Virus record (IMG/VR): IMGVR_UViG_3300025671_000187
Coordinates: 1-37,605 of that record
Reading direction: 5' to 3' (one strand)
DNA: 37,605 bases
Source of the DNA: a virus
Lineage: Duplodnaviria > Caudoviricetes
Position numbers and translations under genes: made by a program. Under the pieces are notes generated by a model. The model made no database searches. It was not told the DNA's origin and saw nothing but the letters and a program-made list of their open reading frames with translations. Position 1 is the stretch's first letter; each line of letters opens with the position of its first letter. Shown here piece after piece: positions 18,426-24,731 of this stretch.

Positions 18426-18887
18426 TCAGCCGTCAAGCTTGTTGACGCCAAACGTCCATGCGGACGTGCGGACGATCTCCTTGCCCTGCAACCGGGACAG
18501 AAGCTGCCCCGCCTTTGCGGCGATGCGCTCGACGTTGCAGCGGTGGAACTCCGACTGGTGCACCTCGGTGTAGTGCAGCTCCCTGCATCCGATGACCAGC
18601 GGCGCGTAGCCACAGCCACCATCCATCGCGTCGTAGGGCACACCAACGACGTATCGGGAGGACGGCGATGTCAGCAGCGACCGGATGCGCTCCGAGTGGT
18701 ACAGGTCCGGCTCGATGAGGCGTAGACCATGATCGCGGGTCCACGAGTCCGGCATGATGACACGCAGGAACGAGCGCACCTCGCACTCGAAGTCGAAGTC
18801 GAGCATGTCGGCGTCGAGCCAGTGGTCGGCGTCGAAGTAGAGCGTCTGCGCGACGCCCCGTGCCTTGTAGATGCCACGACCCATCAC
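18426..18887 (-). CDS. Hypothetical early protein
   Basis: 153 aa; AAGGAGG SD; start overlaps the upstream stop. Confidence 0.7.
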   Translation of the reverse strand: MMGRGIYKARGVAQTLYFDADHWLDADMLDFDFECEVRSFLRVIMPDSWTRDHGLRLIEPDLYHSERIRSLLTSPSSRYVVGVPYDAMDGGCGYAPLVIGCRELHYTEVHQSEFHRCNVERIAAKAGQLLSRLQGKEIVRTSAWTFGVNKLDG

Positions 18888-19219
18888 TTCACCTCCTTGT
18901 CGTCCTCGACGTCGCCGACGAACGCCTCGATGAACTCATCCGCCTCGTTGCGCAGGCACTCGATCCAGTCGGCCTCATCCCACGGAACGAACGCGCCGCT
19001 ATCGCCGTTCAACTCGGCCTCCTCCGCGTCGTCCCAATCCTCGTACAGCGGGTGCGGCTTGCGCCCGTAGCTCTCGACGGACAGGCAGTGCGGGTTGTGG
19101 AACAGGTCCAGCCAGTCTTCACCATCGAACCGCTCGATGATCAGACCGTAGTCGACGTACATGCTGTTGAAGGCCGTCAGACGGAACACTCCGTAGGTGG
19201 CCTGTGCGATGATTCCCAT
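18884..19219 (-). CDS. Very acidic small protein
   Basis: ATG 19219 with AAGGAG; C-terminal half dominated by D/E with aromatic residues. Confidence 0.7.
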   Translation of the reverse strand: MGIIAQATYGVFRLTAFNSMYVDYGLIIERFDGEDWLDLFHNPHCLSVESYGRKPHPLYEDWDDAEEAELNGDSGAFVPWDEADWIECLRNEADEFIEAFVGDVEDDKEVK

Positions 19220-19325
19220 TGGGAACTCCTTGCGCCCCGTTCGGGGCTCTCTGCTGAACGGCATGATTGCCGGTCATGCGCATGCCCCGGAACGCTCGCA
19301 CGCTCCGGGGCATGGTGCTTGACCG
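19220..19325 (-). promoter_or_regulatory. Structured intergenic leader element D
   Basis: CGGTCA-AGC-AC-CATGCCCCGGAGCGT-GCGA-GCGTTCCGGGGCATG-C-GCA-TGACCG; GGCAATCATGCC; CAGCAGAGA; GCCCC-GAAC-GGGGC-GCAAGGAG. Confidence 0.75.
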
Positions 19326-19538
19326 TCAAACACCCTCGGCGAGCAGGGCGTCAAGCGCAGCGTTGATCGTCCGCTCCGCGTCGCACGTCTCGCCGTTGGC
19401 GATCTGGAACAAACGGTTGGCGATGTCGTCGAGCGACGGCCACTTGCGCCAGCTCTCGACGCACTCGATCTCGGCGAGCAAACGCTCGACGTCGGCGAGA
19501 AGCATCGCGGCGATGCGCTGGATCTCGTTGTTGTTCAT
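19326..19538 (-). CDS. Small helical hypothetical protein
   Basis: ATG 19538 (MNNNEIQ) after a GCCCC-GAAT-GGGGC hairpin; first gene downstream of the strong promoter. Confidence 0.65.
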   Translation of the reverse strand: MNNNEIQRIAAMLLADVERLLAEIECVESWRKWPSLDDIANRLFQIANGETCDAERTINAALDALLAEGV

Positions 19539-19634
19539 GGCATTCTCGCTTGCCCCATTCGGGGCGATTGCGCCGCATGCGCGGCATGGTTCAGGCAGAT
19601 GCACCGCTCCCTGTGAGCGACGATGCCTACCGGC

Positions 19635-19663
19635 ATCATACACTAATCCGTCAATAATGTCAA
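19635..19663 (-). promoter_or_regulatory. Near-consensus sigma70 early promoter
   Basis: TTGACA (19663-19658), 17 bp, TATGAT (19640-19635); followed by structured leader H (19539-19634). Confidence 0.85.
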
Positions 19664-19706
19664 CCCCCTACGAGGCACGGTTGACGCTGGGTTTCCGGCT
19701 CGTTTT

Positions 19707-19801
19707 CGCACAGGGTTGGCGAGCTGCGCACAGGGTTGTCGGGTTACGCACGGGGTTGGCGAGCTGCGCACAGGGTTGGCGAGCTACGCACAGGGTTGGC
19801 G
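19707..19801. repeat. 20-bp tandem repeat, five copies
   Basis: CGCAC(A/G)GGGTTG(G/T)CG cores start at 19707, 19727, 19747, 19767 and 19787; non-coding. Confidence 0.9.
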
Positions 19802-19894
19802 TTCTTTGGTGGTTGGATGGTCGGCTGCGCTTGCGTCGGGCGGTTTGGTGGGGCGGCGCGCTCGTTTGGGCCAGAGATTCCAGGCGGATTGCCC

Positions 19895-19940
19895 AAAACG
19901 AGAAAAGCCCCGCCGATCTTGCGACCGACGGGGCTTTTCG
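19895..19940 (-). terminator. Intrinsic terminator, possibly bidirectional
   Basis: Minus strand AAAA-GCCCCGTCGGTC-GCAA-GATCGGCGGGGC-TTTTCTCGTTTT directly after the stop at 19944. Confidence 0.8.
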
Positions 19941-19943
19941 TTG

Positions 19944-20162
19944 CTACCTGTGCTTGTTTTCTTGGATTCGCTCGTAGGTCACGTCCATGACGTGGAAGCC
20001 GAAGCCGATCGCGGCGATCGTCATGGCGAGGCTTCCCAGCGTCGCGAGCATGCCGCCACCCATGACGATCGTCATGGGTACGCAAAGCACGCCGAAATGC
20101 AGGATGCCCGCGAGCGCGAGGAACAGACCCAACACAAACGCTGCGTAAATGATGATGTTCAT
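19944..20162 (-). CDS. Small membrane protein (about 2 TM helices)
   Basis: 72 aa, almost wholly hydrophobic except a charged C-tail; GAGG SD after leader E. Confidence 0.7.
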   Translation of the reverse strand: MNIIIYAAFVLGLFLALAGILHFGVLCVPMTIVMGGGMLATLGSLAMTIAAIGFGFHVMDVTYERIQENKHR

Positions 20163-20257
20163 CGTTGCTACCTCTGCCCCGTGCGGGGCTCATAGGGGGC
20201 ACTAGCGCCCATTCATGCCCCGGAACGCTTGCGCGCTCCGGGGCATGGTGGGGGCTA
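20163..20257 (-). promoter_or_regulatory. Structured intergenic leader element E
   Basis: 20214-20250 is 35/37 identical to 19281-19317 (differences at the apex; loop GCAA); GCCCC-GCAC-GGGGC-AGAGG. Confidence 0.75.
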
Positions 20258-20854
20258 CTACTCCGCGCAGATCTTGTCGTGAATGGCCTTGACCATCGTC
20301 TCGACGCGATCCAGACGGTTCCGCGTGTCGATCAGGAAGGCGACCGCGCGGCTCGCGTCGTTGATCGGCTTGCTGATCGACGTGCCGGCCTTGCCCCGGC
20401 GCGAGTAGGCGACCGTGGCGTTGTTGTCCGTGCACCGCTCGCCACTGGCCTGCATGGCCTTGTACGTCTTGGCGATGGCCCATGCGTAGGCCAGCGTTCC
20501 GGCGGGCTTCTTGGACGTCACGCCGCGCAGGAGGCTGCGCATCACGCGCGCGGCCGCATCCTCATCGACGTCGGACAGCGCCCGGATCGTCTCGAAGGCC
20601 TTGACCGCTTCACCGCACGTCCGGACCGCGTAACCCGGGATCACGTGGCCACCGAGCTGGGCGCTCCGGATCGCCGGGATGATCAGGGTGTCGACGGCGG
20701 AGATCACATCGGCGAGATCCACCTTCGAGACGCTCTCGCCCAGCTCGAGATCGGCCTTGCCGATCGTCGTCGGCTTGAACATGCTGAACATGGTCGACGT
20801 GGACCCGTAGGTCTGGTCGACGGTGCGCTTGATGTTGGCGATATCGTTGCTCAT
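20258..20854 (-). CDS. Hypothetical protein, first gene of the early region
   Basis: ATG 20854 (MSNDIANIK) with GAGG SD; the upstream extension in the ORF track runs through hairpin-rich DNA and is not accepted. Confidence 0.7.
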   Translation of the reverse strand: MSNDIANIKRTVDQTYGSTSTMFSMFKPTTIGKADLELGESVSKVDLADVISAVDTLIIPAIRSAQLGGHVIPGYAVRTCGEAVKAFETIRALSDVDEDAAARVMRSLLRGVTSKKPAGTLAYAWAIAKTYKAMQASGERCTDNNATVAYSRRGKAGTSISKPINDASRAVAFLIDTRNRLDRVETMVKAIHDKICAE

Positions 20855-20954
20855 TTTTTCTACCTCATGGCCCCGTTTCGGGGCGTTAGGACCGGGCGGT
20901 ATTGCCCGTGCCCTGCCCTGCCCTGCGACCGGAGCCGTAGGGCAGGGCAGGACA
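20855..20954 (-). promoter_or_regulatory. Structured leader element I
   Basis: TGTCCTGCCCTGCCCTACGG-CTCCGG-TCGCAGGGCAGGGCAGGGCA long hairpin; CGGGC-AATACC-GCCCG; GCCCCG-AAA-CGGGGC-CATGAGG. Confidence 0.7.
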
Positions 20955-21095
20955 AGCGACCGCGAACGGTCGCAAGCCTGCGAGGTAGTAGCTTGAACTA
21001 TGCTGTAACGCTGCCCCTTTCGGGGTGTCGGTCCGCTGTCGGACCCGTCTGCGATGCCAGCCTTAGCGGGGCGCTCAGCCCCTGTCGGCAAACGC

Positions 21096-21124
21096 ATCAT
21101 CGCCAGACGACAACCCGGCGTCAA
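21096..21124 (-). promoter_or_regulatory. Possible sigma70 promoter for the early region
   Basis: TTGACG (21124-21119), 17 bp, GATGAT (21101-21096). Confidence 0.45.
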
Positions 21125-21630
21125 CTCGGCGGGCAACCTGCCGGAATGACTGCGCTTTCTCGGCTGGGCTGGTCGTCTTGGCATAGCGGGCTGCACGTCT
21201 CAGCCCGTGCCTTTCCTAGTGCTTTCGGTGGGTTACGGACCGTTGCCCCATGCCGGGCACGCTGTCGACGCTTGCGGGCGGTGCCGGGCCTTCGGACCCC
21301 ACGGAGCCCCCGGCCCAGCCCCAAGGGGGGGCGGCATCGCAGGCCGGGGGCGCGCGGGGGTAGACCACGCACACAAAATAACCCATCCCCAGACCTGCAC
21401 CCGGTTTGAGGCTGGGAGCTGTGTGTGAACGAGAGGCTTCTCTGTTGGAGAGGCTGACTCAGATGGCTTACTGCTAGTCAGTGAGCCTGTTGTAGAGCAC
21501 AAGATGTGTTTGATGGTAGCACGGATTCTGAGTGATCGGAAGCAGCTCTCATAACGCCCTGATGTTGTGGAGGGCGGAGAGCGAGCTACGCGCTGACATG
21601 AGGGGGATGCGCGTAAAAGGCTGTGTTTTG

Positions 21631-21703
21631 AAAAGGGAAGGCCCTGCCGCCCCGCCTCGTCTGGTGCTGGCAGACAGGTTGTGGAGACGAGAACGGCAGG
21701 GCC
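21631..21703 (-). terminator. Probable terminator of the middle operon
   Basis: GGCCCTGCCG/CGGCAGGGCC stem (21640-21649/21694-21703) with inner CTCGTCT/AGACGAG pairing, followed on the - strand by TTCCCTTTT. Confidence 0.5.
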
Positions 21704-21715
21704 AAGGTCGTGATG

Positions 21716-21997
21716 CTAGCTGTGGTGGAGCTTGAGCGCCAGTGCGTGCAGGTCGTCGCTTGAAGACGATGCTCGAGCTGGCTGTGGCCGCTCCTCCGGC
21801 TCGTAGCCTGTGAGGTCGCGGTACATGGCCTTCGCCAGCCGCTGCGCTGCCTGCTCCTTGTTGCGCTGGTGGTCGGGGTTGGGCTTGCCGAACAGGATGA
21901 GGTCCGGGTCGCTCCCGAAGATGTCGTGGGCGATGCGCTTGCCCATCGTCTCCGCCAGCTCCATCAACTGCTCCTTGTCACACGGCTCGAAGCTCAT
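21716..21997 (-). CDS. Hypothetical protein
   Basis: 93 aa; AAGGAGG SD. Confidence 0.65.
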   Translation of the reverse strand: MSFEPCDKEQLMELAETMGKRIAHDIFGSDPDLILFGKPNPDHQRNKEQAAQRLAKAMYRDLTGYEPEERPQPARASSSSDDLHALALKLHHS

Positions 21998-22220
21998 GGG
22001 CCACCTCCTTTGCGATCATGTTGAGGTGGATGGTGAGCAGGACGTTCAGCTCGCGGATGGAGGCCGCTTCCAGCGCGTGAAGCTGCGCCCAGCGGGCGTG
22101 ACCTCCCTTCGTCGGCAGCCCTGCCTTCTTCTCGAGGATCAGGTCGAACACCCTGCGGCACTCGTACAGGCCGCTGGAGGTGATGCGCAGCGTCTCGCGC
22201 ACCTCGTTGATGTCCATCAT
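21978..22220 (-). CDS. Hypothetical protein
   Basis: 80 aa; ATGA overlap with the upstream gene. Confidence 0.6.
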   Translation of the reverse strand: MMDINEVRETLRITSSGLYECRRVFDLILEKKAGLPTKGGHARWAQLHALEAASIRELNVLLTIHLNMIAKEVAHELRAV

Positions 22221-22513
22221 GCGTTCCCATCGGGCGGCTCGATGGCCAGCCCCTCACTGAACCCGATGGTCTGGCCCAGCTTGAAGGCGTTGTCGAGGTC
22301 GATCTCCCGGTGCCCCGTCACGAAGAACGTCACGGAGGGCTCGCCCGTCGGCGGGACCAGAACCCATGTCCGCTCGTGCTTGTCCTTGAACGCCACGTCC
22401 GCCCCGACCTGACAGACCTTGAACGCCAGCCGCTCTGCCGGCACGTCAGGCAGCCCCTGCCGAATCTCCGCCTGCCCGCCACGCTTGGCGCGCTTTCGCT
22501 TTCCCTTTCCCAT
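22217..22513 (-). CDS. Hypothetical protein with basic N-terminus
   Basis: ATG 22513 (MGKGKRKRAK) with AAGGAG. Confidence 0.65.
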   Translation of the reverse strand: MGKGKRKRAKRGGQAEIRQGLPDVPAERLAFKVCQVGADVAFKDKHERTWVLVPPTGEPSVTFFVTGHREIDLDNAFKLGQTIGFSEGLAIEPPDGNA

Positions 22514-22528
22514 GTTGTGCTCCTTGGT

Positions 22529-22576
22529 GGCCAGATATGGCGACCCGCCAACTTTGGCGACCCGCCATATCTGGCG
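22529..22576. repeat. Triple palindromic site (C/G)GCCA-N4-TGGCG, 17-bp period
   Basis: GGCCAGATATGGCG (22529), CGCCAACTTTGGCG (22546) and CGCCATATCTGGCG (22563), in the spacer downstream of ssb. Confidence 0.8.
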
Positions 22577-22609
22577 TGTGTGCTCCACCGTCCACGCTTG
22601 CTTGATGGA

Positions 22610-23056
22610 TTAGAACGGAAAGTCGTCCTCGAACCCGTCATAGCCGGTGTCGTTGTTGCGTGTGTTGCTTGGCGGTGCGCTGCGCTGCGAGGAGGGGGCC
22701 GCTCCGCCGTCCTTCTTGTCTTTGCCGTCGCCATCGAGGAACTGGACTGTGCGGGCGACGATCTCCGTCTTGTAGCGGTCGGTGCCGTCCTGCGCCGTCC
22801 ACTTGCGAGTCTGAATCTTGCCCTCGACGAAGACCTGACGTCCCTTTGACAGGTAGCGTTCACACAACTCGGCGAGCTTGTCCCACGCGACGACGGAGTG
22901 CCACTCGGTCTTCTCCTGCTGCTGGCCGCTCTTGTCCTTCCATCGCTCGCTCGTTGCGACGCGAAGCTGAACCACAGCGCGGTTGGAGTTGGTGTGGCGG
23001 ATCTCAGGGTCAGCCCCCAAGCGCCCGATAATCATCGCTTTGTTCAGTCCTGACAT
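22610..23056 (-). CDS. ssb: Single-stranded DNA-binding protein
   Basis: LNKAMIIGRLGADPEIR...ATSERWKDKSG...EKTEWHSVV...KGRQVFVEGKIQTRKW, with acidic DDFPF tail; ATG 23056 with GAGGAG. Confidence 0.95.
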   Translation of the reverse strand: MSGLNKAMIIGRLGADPEIRHTNSNRAVVQLRVATSERWKDKSGQQQEKTEWHSVVAWDKLAELCERYLSKGRQVFVEGKIQTRKWTAQDGTDRYKTEIVARTVQFLDGDGKDKKDGGAAPSSQRSAPPSNTRNNDTGYDGFEDDFPF

Positions 23057-23057
23057 A

Positions 23058-23471
23058 TCACTGCTCCTCAGACCCGTACCGGGTCGTTGTCTTGAACTCT
23101 TGACGCCGGCTCTCGTCCGGCTTTTCACGTCTTCCGCTGACGCGCCGCAACCATCCCTTGGCTGCTCCGACGATGTCCTTCCAGAAGAACCCGACGTTTA
23201 GCGCGCCAGCGAAGCCCCACATGGCTCCAACGAAACCGTCGTTGCCCATCGTGTCGCTCAGGTGCCCGTAAGCGAAGCCTACGAGCGTGCCAGCGATGGC
23301 GGACAACAAGCTGCTGACGCAGTACCAGAGAAAGTCTGCGGTGCCCGAAAGCCCCCCAACGTCTCTCTCATACCTTTTATGCGCTGCCTCGAGGCCCTGC
23401 TTGAGCCCCGCAGCTACGCCCATCGCGATGGCCGGACACCCGGCCCACGTCAGCAGATCTGTTGTCCCCAC
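23058..23471 (-). CDS. Membrane protein, about 3 TM helices (holin-like topology)
   Basis: Three hydrophobic Gly/Ala-rich segments and a basic C-tail; GTG start. Confidence 0.6.
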   Translation of the reverse strand: MGTTDLLTWAGCPAIAMGVAAGLKQGLEAAHKRYERDVGGLSGTADFLWYCVSSLLSAIAGTLVGFAYGHLSDTMGNDGFVGAMWGFAGALNVGFFWKDIVGAAKGWLRRVSGRREKPDESRRQEFKTTTRYGSEEQ

Positions 23472-23480
23472 CTTGGCCCC

Positions 23481-23888
23481 CTACGACCCCGGGTTGTCGG
23501 GAAAGCGGACGATATGGACCTTCCGCTTGCCTTCGACCATCGTGACCACCGTCCATGTTCGGTCACGAGGAACTGAGCTGTCGTTCAAGCCCTCGTTGCT
23601 TACCAGCATCTTCGCTTCTTCGACGCTCTTTGCCCTTCCCTTGCAGAAGTAGGCGTAGGTGCCCTTGTCGAAACGATCGACCTGCCACCGCCCCCGAAAC
23701 TCTACCGGGTGCGTGATAACGAGGTAAGCCTTAGTCAGGTGACGCAGCCGCTCGTCGTCGAGCGTCTTCTTGCCGCGCTCCCACATCTGAATGGCACGCC
23801 GGGGGATGTCCGACAGCTCCTCTAGCCTTTTGAACGTCAGGCGCTCGTCGGCGGCGCGCACACGCCGCAGCTCATCAGGGCGAAGCAT
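23481..23888 (-). CDS. XRE-like HTH protein with extra C-terminal domain
   Basis: ELRRVR...LTFKRLEELSDIPRRAIQMWERGKK; ATG 23888 with AGAGG. Confidence 0.65.
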   Translation of the reverse strand: MLRPDELRRVRAADERLTFKRLEELSDIPRRAIQMWERGKKTLDDERLRHLTKAYLVITHPVEFRGRWQVDRFDKGTYAYFCKGRAKSVEEAKMLVSNEGLNDSSVPRDRTWTVVTMVEGKRKVHIVRFPDNPGS

Positions 23889-24477
23889 CGTTGCCTCTCT
23901 GCCGGACACGCGGCTCGAAGGCATCCCATAGCTGGGGCCGTGGCAGCCCAATGCTGGCGCACGTCTCCGAGAAGCTGCGGATGAGCGTCGGGCGACTGCC
24001 GGCCACCGTCTCCTGCGTGAAGTGCAGAAGCACGCTGGGCGCTGGGGCCACCGGCTTGCGCTTCATGTCGGGCGGGAACCCTCTAGGCGCAGGGGCCGGA
24101 GCACTGAAGCGCACCCTCCCCTCGATGCAGTGGACGTCAGCCTTTCCCAAGACGTACTTGTGAGCCCACTCGGTGTCCAGACGGGCGAAGACGAGGAACG
24201 TGACCGAGCACCCCTGCTCGCACGCTTCAAGGGCCTTCTTGAAGGGCCACGCCATGTCCTCCTTGTTCCGGCTGTAGACCGGGTTGCACCAAATGTTGCT
24301 GCCGTGCTCCCACCAGTCCTCTCCGCGACCGTCGATGCCAGACAGCGAGAAGTAGCGGTCGCACAGGTGGTTGCTGCTGTTCGCGCAGGCGTCCAAATCA
24401 AAGTCGCCGAAGACCTCAGCCGCACGCTTGAACAGCGGCAGCGGCGTCCTCCAGTCGCCCTTCGAGGACGAGAACAT
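23875..24477 (-). CDS. Phage DNA N6-adenine methyltransferase (phage Dam family)
   Basis: DWRTP..LF, FDLDACA, IWCNPVYS (motif IV), ARLDTEW and GRVRF are typical of T1/HP1-type phage Dam; ATG 24477. Confidence 0.85.
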   Translation of the reverse strand: MFSSSKGDWRTPLPLFKRAAEVFGDFDLDACANSSNHLCDRYFSLSGIDGRGEDWWEHGSNIWCNPVYSRNKEDMAWPFKKALEACEQGCSVTFLVFARLDTEWAHKYVLGKADVHCIEGRVRFSAPAPAPRGFPPDMKRKPVAPAPSVLLHFTQETVAGSRPTLIRSFSETCASIGLPRPQLWDAFEPRVRQRGNDASP

Positions 24478-24481
24478 CGCC

Positions 24482-24697
24482 TCACTCCACATCATGCAAC
24501 TCCTTGCACCCAAGGCGGTGCAGAACACCGACCCACTCGAGGTACATGGTCATCGTGGGCTGGCGCTTGCCAGACTCGTAGCGATGCAGTGTGTTGCGGT
24601 GTACGCCAAGCTCCTTGGCTACCAAGGAAAGCGAGCGCTTTCCAGCAGTTCTGCGGCGACGCAGGTTCTCTGCCCGCCGCTTCCAGTCGACTGTCAT
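24482..24697 (-). CDS. Small XRE/Cro-like HTH regulator
   Basis: LRRRR...SLSLVAKELGVHRNTLHRYESGKRQP; ATG 24697 has a GGAG SD (alternative ATG 24709). Confidence 0.8.
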   Translation of the reverse strand: MTVDWKRRAENLRRRRTAGKRSLSLVAKELGVHRNTLHRYESGKRQPTMTMYLEWVGVLHRLGCKELHDVE

Positions 24698-24731
24698 GAT
24701 GTGCTCCATGCCTCAACCGCGAGGCACCAGA

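Noticed and set aside
19707-19801. CRISPR array
   Set aside because: Units are contiguous 20-mers with no unique spacers, and no cas genes are present.
13416-20954. Integron attC cassette array
   Set aside because: The hairpins follow stop codons as attC sites do, but they lack RYYYAAC/GTTRRRY ends, show RNA-type tetraloops and G-U pairs, and no tyrosine recombinase is in the window.
13416-20954. Known self-cleaving ribozymes or intrinsic terminators as the identity of the repeats
   Set aside because: No hammerhead CUGANGA/GAAA core or obvious HDV/twister pseudoknot was seen by eye, and there are no U-tracts. Not excluded without a covariance-model search.
20855-21196. N-terminal extension of ORF 20258-21196, and similar extensions to 13478, 14762, 19264 and 19643
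   Set aside because: The extensions run through hairpin leaders or promoters; downstream ATGs have proper SD sequences.
12210-21409. Long + strand ORFs (12210-13448, 17158-18366, 20165-21409 and others)
   Set aside because: They are antisense shadows of well-supported - strand genes in GC-rich DNA, with no SD or motifs.
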